From positions 1,674,001 to 1,738,000 of the forward strand of contig JAQOWU010000008.1 of assembly GCA_030867685.1 (NCBI GenBank): a DNA stretch of 64,000 nucleotides. The letters are read 5' to 3'. The notes beneath the pieces were generated by a model. That model was not told where the DNA came from. It did no database searches and saw only the letters and a program-made list of their open reading frames with translations. How positions within the stretch are numbered: the stretch's first letter is position 1; every line of letters starts with the position of its first letter. Shown piece after piece: positions 41,399 to 51,444 of this stretch. The position numbers and the translations under genes were made by a program. Origin of the DNA: Wickerhamiella versatilis (lineage: Eukaryota).

Positions 41399-42994
41399 TT
41401 AATCAAGAAGTTTCTTCGATAGCCACCGATCAACCCGTGCTGCCGACCGCGCTTTATCTTGATCAGAGCCCCGTAGAAGCATCAGTTCTTTCACGAAGTT
41501 GCCAAAGTCAGAACCTTGGAATGCATGTGTAGGGGAATTCGGAGATTCAATGCCTGTCACCAGGCCATTGCGTGACGTGACGTGAGTACTCCAAGCTGGA
41601 TCTAGTTGTGTTCCAAACACATCCGTCCCGTTAATGGTTTGGCCAGGACCCCAGGTCGCATTCTGCGACACTTGTATACTATTATGGTCAGTCGACACGT
41701 TGTACTCCTGTGCAACAACAACATCAGTATCCTTCAGTACGAGAACCTTCGAATACTCGAATTCCATATCATGAGATGCGTTAGACAAACTAATCTCAGC
41801 CTTTCCAGACATAGACAGCGTATAAAGGTCCTGCGTGGCACGGTGTGTCTGAATATTATCCTGGCTTGAATCCTGCAACCACTCAACCCGATTATATTCC
41901 GTCACATTAGAGTGTATGTTTGTGAAGGCTAGATCGGCTGAACAGTTGAGTTGATGTGCAGCAGTCACAATATGTACCCCTGGTAGTTTAACTTCCACAG
42001 GCGGAGCTCGTTCTATTACTGGAGGATGTGTGGTGCCTGCACCACTAATATTTGCATCCTCCCAAGTCAAGAGACTTGCACTCAATAGCCAGTCATTTTG
42101 ACCGGTATTGACCTCTATACGGAGTGAGCAACTCCCATTCCCCCAAAGAAGAGGTAGGAAAGGTGTCACATCAATAATATTTGCTGGGACATCATAAGCT
42201 CGTATAGGAACTAGTGGTCGCCAAAGTCGCGGCTGGTATGCCCCAGTATAGACAGCCGGGTACGGGCTAATATCTCCAGCAAGAAGATCATCGATATATA
42301 CCGACACGAATCGTGTCGGTTGCTCTTCATCAGCGTACCAGAACTCTTCTGCAGCATTACCGCTAGCCATGATACGAAGCACTGCTCGTGTGGTAGATCG
42401 CGGCAATTGTGGAATTTGCACATCTAATGTTGGAGGGAAATGGACTAAATCCTTGGTCAAAGCCTCAACATTCGTAGGAAGATCCTCGTAATACCATCCG
42501 CCAACCTTATCGGGGGCATAGAAATACTCTGCTCTCAACTTAGCATAAATAGGTCCCGTGAGTCGACCCTGTATCAGATTGTCACATGCCATCACCAATT
42601 TCGATTCTGACTTAAATAGGCCTGCAAACTCACTAACATCGACAGTAAACTCTGAGTAAATCCTATCATTCCCTGGTTCTGGCGTAGAAGGCCTCCAAAT
42701 TTCGACAGAATCCAGATATACATGGGCCAGGCGGTCGTATTGGATTCCTGAGCTTCTCCATTCTACCGTGAGCTTTACATGCGTGAAATTGAGAGTAGGT
42801 GGAGCAAATTCAGTGACTGCAGGATGTCCCCAGGAATCAAATACATAGTCCACTAGTAGCTGGGTGGCTACAGGCAAACCAAAATCCTGGGTAGGAGGTG
42901 CAACCTCATATATTTCGTATTCAGTTTCGTCACCCCCGTTGAGAGCCAGAAATGTTAAAATGTACTGCAGAGATTGCAATAGCACTCCTAGCAT
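41399..42994 (-). CDS. Secreted peptide:N-glycanase A family protein
   Basis: Signal-like N-terminus, FDSWGHP, QYDRLAHVYL...IWRPSTPEP, ASGNAAEEFWY and LWRPLVPIRAYD. Confidence 0.85.
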   Translation of the reverse strand: MLGVLLQSLQYILTFLALNGGDETEYEIYEVAPPTQDFGLPVATQLLVDYVFDSWGHPAVTEFAPPTLNFTHVKLTVEWRSSGIQYDRLAHVYLDSVEIWRPSTPEPGNDRIYSEFTVDVSEFAGLFKSESKLVMACDNLIQGRLTGPIYAKLRAEYFYAPDKVGGWYYEDLPTNVEALTKDLVHFPPTLDVQIPQLPRSTTRAVLRIMASGNAAEEFWYADEEQPTRFVSVYIDDLLAGDISPYPAVYTGAYQPRLWRPLVPIRAYDVPANIIDVTPFLPLLWGNGSCSLRIEVNTGQNDWLLSASLLTWEDANISGAGTTHPPVIERAPPVEVKLPGVHIVTAAHQLNCSADLAFTNIHSNVTEYNRVEWLQDSSQDNIQTHRATQDLYTLSMSGKAEISLSNASHDMEFEYSKVLVLKDTDVVVAQEYNVSTDHNSIQVSQNATWGPGQTINGTDVFGTQLDPAWSTHVTSRNGLVTGIESPNSPTHAFQGSDFGNFVKELMLLRGSDQDKARSAARVDRWLSKKLLD

Positions 42995-43117
42995 GGCTAA
43001 GCTCCCTCAGCCTGCAAAATTATCTAAGCGCAGATGATAAATGCTTTGCTCAAGAAACCCTTGCGTTTTCTTGTAAGCACTGTGATTATTGAATACTCTC
43101 CATTTAAATAAGTTGGT

Positions 43118-43768
43118 TCAATTAATAGCTGAAAGGATCTCTTTCCGCAAAGATGTAAGAAGCTTACCAAAGTTTGGCGATCTGCCGAACTCAGATTGTA
43201 TCTTATCTCGCACTTTTGGGTTGCAATCTGGAGCAACAAGCTGTACTGTGCTAGAAACAGGATTCCACCGTAGCGAAAATTCACCTCCAATACTATTAAA
43301 CTGAATGCGTATACCACCTTCGACAGGATGCGAAATGCTTATGTCAAGCGCCCGGCTATAAAGCGCTAACTTTTTGTTGATAGCCATCAATGCAGGCTCT
43401 ACTTCTGTCCTCTGCTGTGATATGGCAGTTTCCAGAACCGATATTTGTTTTCTAGCTAGTTCAATCTGTTTCGCCGTCTCTTCCGAATCATGCTCATCTT
43501 TTTCCCGTAAAAGTTGTGGTCTTAAGCTCATTTTTGTGAGCTCAATTGCACTGTCAGTCTCGTTCTCAACTTGAGCTTTAGTTTCAGCGCGTAGCCGCGT
43601 CAATTCAGCCTGACGCATCTCCACACCCAATTGAAGATCTGAAAGTTCACGCAAAGACTCATTAAACTGCAACTTTAGGCCTCTCACCTCGTGTTCAGCC
43701 TCAAGAATATTTACGTCGAGCTTTTCGACTGTTCGGCGAACATCATCATACACAACTGACGCGTCCAT
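43118..43768 (-). CDS. SPC25: Probable kinetochore Ndc80-complex subunit Spc25
   Basis: N-terminal coiled coil followed by an RWD-like segment (LYSRALDISI...IRIQF...FGKLLTSLRK). Confidence 0.55.
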   Translation of the reverse strand: MDASVVYDDVRRTVEKLDVNILEAEHEVRGLKLQFNESLRELSDLQLGVEMRQAELTRLRAETKAQVENETDSAIELTKMSLRPQLLREKDEHDSEETAKQIELARKQISVLETAISQQRTEVEPALMAINKKLALYSRALDISISHPVEGGIRIQFNSIGGEFSLRWNPVSSTVQLVAPDCNPKVRDKIQSEFGRSPNFGKLLTSLRKEILSAIN

Positions 43769-43961
43769 TCTGCTGACTCATGAGTATAGTTCGACGGTTA
43801 TATGTCTTCAGGTTTCATCGATTTAATTTTTTTTACGATTATATAGATGCTGCGATAGTCCAAATATTTTGCTCAATCCCGAGTCTGCCTTGACCAGTCT
43901 TTTCTGAACCCAAATTCTTAACGTCAAATGAGAAATTTGTTTATACATTGAGTAAGCAAAC

Positions 43962-44609
43962 ATGTGGACAGCTGAGGAAGCTGTTCCTGTTGATATCAGG
44001 AATCGGCTAGAGGCCTTAGCAAAATCAGATGCTTCTAAGCAGTCCTATATTCCTGCTTTTCTCGAAATCATAAGCCTTCTGAAAAGTCAAAGGCGTACTG
44101 GCTGGATCGATAAGCAGCTCCCCAACCCGGAGTCTATAAGCGACCATATGTATAGAATGGCTATAATCACGATGCTTACGGCCGACAATACTCTTAATAT
44201 TGGACATTGCATGCGTATTGCCCTGTGTCATGATATGGCAGAGGCCCTTGTAGGTGATATCACTCCATACCAGGGAGTATCTAAGGAAGAGAAACATTAT
44301 CGTGAGCAGACTGCCATGGAGTACTTGCGAGATCTTATCAAGAAGTTCAATCCTGATGCTGCAGAGCAAATATATAATGCATGGGTGGAATATGAGACAG
44401 TTAGCTCGCCTGAGGCGAAGCTGGTCAAAGATATTGATAAGTTTGAATTACTGTGTCAGAGTGACGAGTACCAAAGGCAGTACCCAAATCTAGATTTATC
44501 GGATTTTAAAGGAGTACGGGACCTAATCAAACTTCCTGAGGTTCAGGGCTGGGCTGAAGGTCTTTCACAGTACTCACAAATTATCGAGCCCAAAGATAAT
44601 GCGAGCTAG
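43962..44609 (+). CDS. YGK1: HD-domain 5'-deoxynucleotidase (Ygk1/HDDC2-like)
   Basis: LKSQRRTGW, ESISDHMYRM, HDMAEALVGDITP and VKDIDKFE. Confidence 0.88.
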   Translation: MWTAEEAVPVDIRNRLEALAKSDASKQSYIPAFLEIISLLKSQRRTGWIDKQLPNPESISDHMYRMAIITMLTADNTLNIGHCMRIALCHDMAEALVGDITPYQGVSKEEKHYREQTAMEYLRDLIKKFNPDAAEQIYNAWVEYETVSSPEAKLVKDIDKFELLCQSDEYQRQYPNLDLSDFKGVRDLIKLPEVQGWAEGLSQYSQIIEPKDNAS

Positions 44610-45851
44610 CATGTGACGCATAATTAACGCAAAAATGGCCCAAAGTGCTTGTAGAATTAGGAGTCTTGTGGCCAGTTCGTCCTCACGTAGAGGCTTGCTA
44701 TGTACAAGGACCAAAGTAATTAGCGTGAGGTTAGACATCTCAATCTTAGACTCAGATTTCCATAGTTTCAGAAGTCCTAATTTCTCCATCAATTCCAAAA
44801 TTCGAAGCTTCGACTTGGGCAAATCGGTGATATCAGCGCGGGATGGAAGTAATTTCCCTGTCGCAGGATCTAATAGTGGCATTCTATGCCGCGGACAGGG
44901 AACAATATGGAATAACTGCGGTATGGAATAGATAAAATTGGCGACCTGAGGCCCAAAAAGAAATAGCATTGTCTTGCTAAAATGGCCCAATATACCCACC
45001 ACCGCAAACACCATGCCAGATAGGTAGCAGTAAGTGTCACCAACAAACCCTTGTGCTGGATACCAATTATAACGAAGCAATGCCAGTGAGCCACCTAAGA
45101 ATGGCAGTAAGATATAAGAGCTTAGCAAATGAGCGTGGACAGCAGGGGTATCGTTTGGAAGAGCTATCAAATATAGCAAATCGTTCACGAGAACTCCAAC
45201 ACCAACCACAACAGACTGGCCTACTTCAAGGCCATTAACACCAGCGTAAATATTGATGCAGTTGGTGCAGAAAATAGAAAATGCCCCCATGTAGGCGTAA
45301 TAGATCCAACCAAGGTCTACTGCAGGTCCAATGATGGATCCAACCCGAAGAAATGCTGGTATTACAACACGTGTAACGCCAAAATCCACGTAGTAAATAA
45401 CTAGCATTGGGATGGCTGCAATAGCCGGAAGAAAGAATTTATGCCGCCAACGTAAATCGAACAAGTCATCGCAGACACCAAGAACTAGCATCGACTGTAG
45501 GCTTAAGATTCCAGATAAATACTCAGCCAGTTTTGAGTGGGGAAAGTGCCCATCCCCACCGGCGGCTAGATACTTGAAGAACATCGATGGTACGAATGTC
45601 ATAAGACTGAGTATATATATACACCCAACCAGTGCACCAAGCATCTCTGGAAGATCTTTGGAGTTCTTTTTCAGTCTGTCTCGTCCGATGAGCCCTGCCT
45701 TTATCAGAGCAGGTGAAGCACGAGGCAGCATATGCTCAACAACTAGGTAGTTCAAAACAGCCAAACCCAGAGATGAGAATATTGGCTTACCCCATTGATT
45801 GAAAATAAGGGCAAATGCTGCCGTCATTATAGCGGCACGCGCCCAAACCAT
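44574..45851 (-). CDS. ALG7: UDP-GlcNAc:dolichyl-phosphate GlcNAc-1-phosphate transferase
   Basis: DDLFDLRWRHK, FCTNCINIYAGVNGLEVGQ, FVGDTYCY and PCPRHRMP. Confidence 0.95.
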   Translation of the reverse strand: MVWARAAIMTAAFALIFNQWGKPIFSSLGLAVLNYLVVEHMLPRASPALIKAGLIGRDRLKKNSKDLPEMLGALVGCIYILSLMTFVPSMFFKYLAAGGDGHFPHSKLAEYLSGILSLQSMLVLGVCDDLFDLRWRHKFFLPAIAAIPMLVIYYVDFGVTRVVIPAFLRVGSIIGPAVDLGWIYYAYMGAFSIFCTNCINIYAGVNGLEVGQSVVVGVGVLVNDLLYLIALPNDTPAVHAHLLSSYILLPFLGGSLALLRYNWYPAQGFVGDTYCYLSGMVFAVVGILGHFSKTMLFLFGPQVANFIYSIPQLFHIVPCPRHRMPLLDPATGKLLPSRADITDLPKSKLRILELMEKLGLLKLWKSESKIEMSNLTLITLVLVHSKPLREDELATRLLILQALWAIFALIMRHMLARIIFGLDNL

Positions 45852-45880
45852 CGTCACCACAACAGCTTGATTACGTTAGA

Positions 45881-46579
45881 ATGGCTAGGGAAGGGCCGTT
45901 AGATCCTCTTTTCGGCCAACGATCATGCTTTCCTCCTCAAAGCCTTGACTCTGAAATGCAAGAATGGCTCGATAAAGTCAGAAAAGAAGCTTTAGAAATC
46001 CACTTGAAAGACCAGGTGACTCCAGAGAGGCAAGAATCGGTTAGTCGGCGTCCTGCTGCCTCCACTATAAGTCCCCTGATATATGAAAAAGAGACAAAAA
46101 TTGACTTAGAAGCATTACAAAAAATTACATTTGAGAAATATGGCTTTTTTTTGGTACAATGTCGAGACTTAAGCTCTCTCTGGGAGAAGTCCCGAATGCT
46201 ACTCTCACAAACGCCAAAGGCTTCACATCTAAAGGAGGTTTGCGATACTCAAGCTACTTGGAAGGCTTATATAGCGTCGAATTCTCCACCTTCTTTCGAT
46301 GTATCGGTGGATCACGTTACAATCTTCCGACTAATGCGATATCTTTCCCACTGGGGAAAACAAAGAAACATCTCGAATTATGCTCTTTGGGCTTGGTCAT
46401 TGATCCTTAGGTGTCCTGATTTACTTACATCGGATGAGATAGGACTTCTTCGTGACCTATCTAGAGTACTGGAAGGAACCCCAGTTTATGAAAATGACGA
46501 CTACGAATCTCGTGTGGCCTCAACAGCTTTCAAAGAAGTGCTAATTAGGCACTTTGGTCAACTTGATCTTCAATATTAA
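45881..46579 (+). CDS. BRR1: Brr1/Gemin2-like snRNP assembly factor
   Basis: DPLFGQRSCFP, WLDKVRKEA, WAWSLILRCPDLLTSDEIGLLRDL and FGQLDL. Confidence 0.7.
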   Translation: MAREGPLDPLFGQRSCFPPQSLDSEMQEWLDKVRKEALEIHLKDQVTPERQESVSRRPAASTISPLIYEKETKIDLEALQKITFEKYGFFLVQCRDLSSLWEKSRMLLSQTPKASHLKEVCDTQATWKAYIASNSPPSFDVSVDHVTIFRLMRYLSHWGKQRNISNYALWAWSLILRCPDLLTSDEIGLLRDLSRVLEGTPVYENDDYESRVASTAFKEVLIRHFGQLDLQY

Positions 46580-46623
46580 GGTCTTATTTATACAAGTAAT
46601 GCATAGATATTGGTTCTATCTCA

Positions 46624-47529
46624 TTAAACATTTCTCTTACGTTTAGCTTGTCTTTGAAGGTTGGAATACGCCTCTTCATGCACAAGGTTACTCCTCTGTT
46701 CTTCTTCTTCTGATATCCTCTTACGCTCTTCCCAGCGGGGATCAAGGCTATGTACTCGAATGTGCTCTTCGTAAAGGGATGCAGGAACCAATTCCCCCGT
46801 ATAAGGAGACTTCAATTTAGGCTCTTTTTGCACGGCTGATGCTGGTGTGCTCAGGGCCACGTTTTCGGGTGTCAAGGGCGGGATAAAAGTAGAGGTAACG
46901 TCCGTTTTGAGCACCTCAACAGATGCAATCACACGGAACTTTTGCCAATCAATCTCTGAAAATCTGACGGACTCTGCGTGCTTGTCTTCAGAAGATGACG
47001 AAGAATGCTTCATCAACCACCGAGCACGACCTAAAGCTCTTCTCAAGATAGCATCATAGTTTTTACTTTCTTCAATTCGAATGCGATCAACCTGCCTCTT
47101 TTCCATTACAGACTTGTATTGAGTCAAAAAACTTTGGAACAGATTGTAATAAATATTTTCTGGCGCTAAAAACCGAAATCTTTCACTGCTCGGATTGAAT
47201 GCAGGATCTGTAGCCTTTTTCTTTGCTACAAGCTTTATTGTTTCGAGAAGCTTGATACTTATTGTACCTGGGTGATCGTATGCATATACCAGAGGTTCAA
47301 TTGCCATCTCGCTGCTGAGGTCAGTGTCTTCTCTATCACGTTCCTGCCCTTCAGTAGCTTTCCATTGATACCATGCGTGCCATTTGTCAGTGGCATCTAA
47401 GAACCCAAAAAGCTGTGGATTCGACAGTAATAGGCGTCCCGCAGTGGACGATCCGCCTTCCTGAACAAGAGGGATAGTCTTCACAATGACCTCCTGTATT
47501 TCAGGGGGCGGAACTTCCCCTTCAAACAT
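46624..47529 (-). CDS. PRP21: SF3a subunit Prp21/SF3A1 (SWAP/SURP domains)
   Basis: PPPEIQEVIVKT, IKLVAK...FRFL, EIDWQKFRVI and SPYTGELVP...EHIRVHSLDPRW. Confidence 0.8.
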   Translation of the reverse strand: MFEGEVPPPEIQEVIVKTIPLVQEGGSSTAGRLLLSNPQLFGFLDATDKWHAWYQWKATEGQERDREDTDLSSEMAIEPLVYAYDHPGTISIKLLETIKLVAKKKATDPAFNPSSERFRFLAPENIYYNLFQSFLTQYKSVMEKRQVDRIRIEESKNYDAILRRALGRARWLMKHSSSSSEDKHAESVRFSEIDWQKFRVIASVEVLKTDVTSTFIPPLTPENVALSTPASAVQKEPKLKSPYTGELVPASLYEEHIRVHSLDPRWEERKRISEEEEQRSNLVHEEAYSNLQRQAKRKRNV

Positions 47530-47923
47530 TCTCAATAAATCCAAAGGAGAATATTCCAGTCACTTTATCCTAGTCACACACAGGTTGATACAACAACGAC
47601 TCCGTTATGCTTAGTAATGATTGCTTCTATCACTCAGATACGTTCCTGAATATGGCAATTGAGTGAGTGTATGAAACAAGCAATCAACATAGATATCGAG
47701 ATTTTACATTTATCATACTAGGATAGCTGACTGAAAAGGCACCACTTTATCTCTTGCTAAACCTAAGTGAGAATTTTATGTCTGGTTAAGATGCTAACGA
47801 ACAACAAGATACCAATCTAATATTGTCCGTGAATTACTGCTAGGGTGGTGCATTTACCTTTGCTTAGGCGAGTCATTTCATTTAAATTACCACCAGTCTG
47901 TTAATCGCTCCTAAATGGATATG

Positions 47924-47938
47924 TTAGGGCTTAGGGCT
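47924..47938 (+). promoter_or_regulatory. Tandem TTAGGGC (Tbf1-like) element upstream of RPP1
   Basis: TTAGGGCTTAGGGCT about 69 bp upstream of the ATG. Confidence 0.55.
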
Positions 47939-48006
47939 CTTTGTCATCGTGCTCACTCGCAGATGACTCGGAGATTACAGGTACGTGTAGGACAATCGTC
48001 GAGAGC

Positions 48007-48324
48007 ATGTCGAATCTCGCTGTATCGTACGCCGCCGTTATATTGGCAGATGCCGACGTGGAGATCACTGCGGACAAGCTTCTTACATTGACCAAGGAGG
48101 CTAAGGTTGAGGATGTTGAGCCCATCTTCGCCCAGCTCTATGCCAAGGCCCTTGCACAGGCTGACAAGAAGGAGCTTCTAACTGCATTTGGTGCAACTGC
48201 TGCTCCAGCTGCTGGCGGTGAAGCTGCTGGTGATGCTGCAGCTGCTGAGGAGGCACCAAAGGAAGAAGCCAAGAAGGAGGAGTCTGAGTCCGACTCAGAT
48301 ATGGATATGGGCATGCTCTTCTAA
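48007..48324 (+). CDS. RPP1: 60S acidic ribosomal protein P1
   Basis: [19 protein letters not shown], Ala-rich hinge and [15 protein letters not shown] tail. Confidence 0.95.
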   Translation: MSNLAVSYAAVILADADVEITADKLLTLTKEAKVEDVEPIFAQLYAKALAQADKKELLTAFGATAAPAAGGEAAGDAAAAEEAPKEEAKKEESESDSDMDMGMLF

Positions 48325-48408
48325 GTTTAATTTACGCAGTGCGTAGCCGAAAAGTCGTATTATAGTAAGTATTTAGATTTGAGGATACGAAATTCTAGTA
48401 AGCGACGA

Positions 48409-48876
48409 ATGACTCTTATACAGGAGATAGAGCGAAGGCAACGCCGCGCGGAGCGGCGCGACGAAGGCAGCCTCTCACTAGGCAGTACTGAGCAGATCGC
48501 TCTAATGATAGTTGGCCTTTTTGTCGTGCACATTACTCTTGTGCTGCTTGTGAGGTTCCAGTATGGTCAAGACGTGTCTTGTCTACTTGTGATGAAGGAC
48601 TCCGTTATTAGTATTCCAGTCCTAACAATTTTATTGCATAATTTCCATCCCTTAGAGTCCAAGCTCAGCCGTTTAACCGCTTTTTTCCTTGCTGTTGGCA
48701 TAGGGTGCTATCTTGTGTATATTGCTAACGAAGAGGGCTACTATGCGTCTATGTATCGAGCTCCACCACTAGGTACGCTTTGGGTGTGGCTTTTCCTCGA
48801 AAGTGAGTGGTATGTAGGCTTGCTGTGTCTCTTAGCAGTCTCAGCTTATACCTTTATCCGAGGTTATCACCTCTGA
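48409..48876 (+). CDS. Conserved fungal multi-pass membrane protein of unknown function
   Basis: Several hydrophobic segments; VRFQYGQD and GYYASMYRAPPLGTLWVW. Confidence 0.7.
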   Translation: MTLIQEIERRQRRAERRDEGSLSLGSTEQIALMIVGLFVVHITLVLLVRFQYGQDVSCLLVMKDSVISIPVLTILLHNFHPLESKLSRLTAFFLAVGIGCYLVYIANEEGYYASMYRAPPLGTLWVWLFLESEWYVGLLCLLAVSAYTFIRGYHL

Positions 48877-48978
48877 TATATTGTTTACATTATATACTAA
48901 GTTTTAGACTCATACAGAGAAATTATAATTTTTGTACAGGTTATAAATAATAATTGTCGTTCTTTATTGTCATAAAGC

Positions 48979-50787
48979 TCATTCATGACCTGGCACATGC
49001 TCTTGCTTCTCCCCAGGAGCGGAAGTCACTATTGTTGTTGGAGGGCCTAGTAAAGGATGATTCTGCGACTCATCAAATGATGGAGGTTGACCAGAGTCAT
49101 TCTCGGTTTCGTCAAATTCTGCCGTATATAGTGGCAGGCTAAGATTCTCATGATAGCAATGTTTGCTAAGGACCCCAATAGGTGTATCGATTTTCACCTC
49201 AAAGTGTCCTCGGCTCCCATCATCCATCGGCTTCGAAACCCTCAACGAGACAACTAGTCGATGCTTTACTCTCAAATAAGGTCCTTTCACATCAGGTTCA
49301 ATGAACCGCTTCTCACCAAACCGTCCACGACCATACGCCTGAGGGACCACGTCAATGGGTTGATCTGAATTTGTGGAAAGAAGTATCTCAGCTTCTAGCT
49401 CTGTAGGCTCTGTCGGATGCAATATGTTTCCTGTATGCTCCCCGTAGTTATGACCCTCGACATGATACATCAAAAGACGGAGAGAGGTATCTGAAAATCG
49501 AATGCGGCTATCCAACGAATAAAGATAGTTGACAATCTCCACCACATGCATTTTAACTTGATGAACCTGAACCTCTGAACCCGGAATCGCTAACAACTTG
49601 ATAGACGCCTGAGTGGGTATTCCGAGAGTTACATATCGTTGGTCAACCGTTAGGTTGTACACCAATCGGTCATCCCAAACGCGGCTCAACAAAATATTGG
49701 TTGGACCAATGACCTCCGTGTTTTCAAGCGGAGTTCTCACAATCTCCACTTCAGATTTCCCCATCAAATTAGGCGCGAATGGGCCACTACGCACGACACG
49801 CGGAGCCAAAAAAAATTTGACATAGCCATTAGGCGCACGGGCTGTTTCAGGGGTACGCGAATCAATTAATAGGGCGAAGTGATATATATAACTCCCAGGA
49901 GGGAATACTATGCTTTCACTCCCGACCGCCTGGTGACGAAGTTTCCGCGGCTGGTTGACCAGGGGTGAAAAGACCGGGAATTGGCGCGTACCAGAGCCAC
50001 GAAGCCGGCACGCACTGTTGTAAAACGTCCGGGTAAACTCCCTGTGATGGGCATGCTTAGGGTCTGATGCAAAAATTGCAGAATCAGCGCCATATAAATC
50101 TTGACCGATTAATGAAGCACTTTGGTCTACGTTCTTGTCAAATGATGATGCAGCTCCCCCAAATTGTTCAAGAGGAACAAAATCCCAGTGATGTATGCCA
50201 AGATAAGCAATGTCCTCCACCTCAGCACTGGAGGGCAACGGCGAATCTACAAGCACTGTAGGCTGAGGGACCAAATTCCAAGTTGTTCGACTCACACAGT
50301 AAAAGCTGAGACTAACCTCCTTGATACGGGTCGGTTTCTGTAACTTCAACAATACTGAACCTCTCAATGTCGCTCCCGGCTGAGTTTCGTCCGAAGCTGG
50401 CTCCCCGTATGTATTATCACCACCAGCAGCACTCTCCACCAAAACTGTGTTCCCAAACGAGTCTAACGGTGGGGTACCCTCAGTATGTTGTGGATATGAC
50501 GGTGGCTCCAAGGTGTCGTCGCTATCTCTGTTAACCGAGGTAGCTGTCTGAGTCTCATATTGGGTAGCTGGATCTTGTGACTGGTTCGCGTGAGAAGATC
50601 TGTGGCGTGGTCTTGACGGAAGAAACAGTACAGGCTCCTGTACACTCACGCTCAACTCCATATTGCCTGAATGGGTGGTATTAACAATTCGCGGTTCACC
50701 AACACAAAAATTAGCTGGGTCGAGTTCTCCTCTTGTAGCTTGAGCATCATGGGCCGGACGAGAGCCTCCTCGTCGGCCAAAGTTCAT
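48979..50787 (-). CDS. Alpha-arrestin (ART-family Rsp5 adaptor)
   Basis: EPVLFL, LRGSVLLKLQKP, FPPGSYIYHF, FEVKIDTPI and PY-type motifs PPSY and LPLY. Confidence 0.85.
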   Translation of the reverse strand: MNFGRRGGSRPAHDAQATRGELDPANFCVGEPRIVNTTHSGNMELSVSVQEPVLFLPSRPRHRSSHANQSQDPATQYETQTATSVNRDSDDTLEPPSYPQHTEGTPPLDSFGNTVLVESAAGGDNTYGEPASDETQPGATLRGSVLLKLQKPTRIKEVSLSFYCVSRTTWNLVPQPTVLVDSPLPSSAEVEDIAYLGIHHWDFVPLEQFGGAASSFDKNVDQSASLIGQDLYGADSAIFASDPKHAHHREFTRTFYNSACRLRGSGTRQFPVFSPLVNQPRKLRHQAVGSESIVFPPGSYIYHFALLIDSRTPETARAPNGYVKFFLAPRVVRSGPFAPNLMGKSEVEIVRTPLENTEVIGPTNILLSRVWDDRLVYNLTVDQRYVTLGIPTQASIKLLAIPGSEVQVHQVKMHVVEIVNYLYSLDSRIRFSDTSLRLLMYHVEGHNYGEHTGNILHPTEPTELEAEILLSTNSDQPIDVVPQAYGRGRFGEKRFIEPDVKGPYLRVKHRLVVSLRVSKPMDDGSRGHFEVKIDTPIGVLSKHCYHENLSLPLYTAEFDETENDSGQPPSFDESQNHPLLGPPTTIVTSAPGEKQEHVPGHE

Positions 50788-51444
50788 ACCAAAGGTGATA
50801 AACTGTCAATAACGTCCAGGTCTCGCAAGAGAGCTTGTTTTAGTAATGTCAATCTGGCATCTATCGTGAGGAAGCCCTGACCCCTAGTCCTAACCCTTGA
50901 CAGTGGGACTCTCCCACTGCTCCTGTGCAGTACTTATAATTATTACTTGGGCATTATTAGCTACGGCTAGATAGATTATGGTAGATCTATCTTTTTGTTT
51001 GTTTGTTTGTTTTTTCAAGAAGTCGAATTCGCCTGTGATTTCTACAACTTGACTGAGTGGAGAAGAAAGATGTAAGCACGCACACCATTCTCTGAATATT
51101 TGCTGCTGCGTCACATATCATGATAAGTTTTGTTAATTTTGCGGTAATGAAATGCATCCACTATGAAATAATGACCGCTACCTCGCTCCCCACCTTATAC
51201 TTAATGCTAGTGTTGCTACGCTTCGTCTTGATTTAGAAACGTATTAGTTAGAGAAAAGAAGGGAGGGGTCAAGCACGTATCTTGCATTAAACTTTTATGA
51301 ACACACAGTGGCTTTAACTATAGTTCTGCTAATGTTATTCAATTAATTATTTCATATTAAGCTGTTAGGAAAATCCGGGGAAATCTACGTCAGTCCATAT
51401 TTCCCAAAAATCCCTGACAGACACGCGTCGTTACTAAGCGGCTC

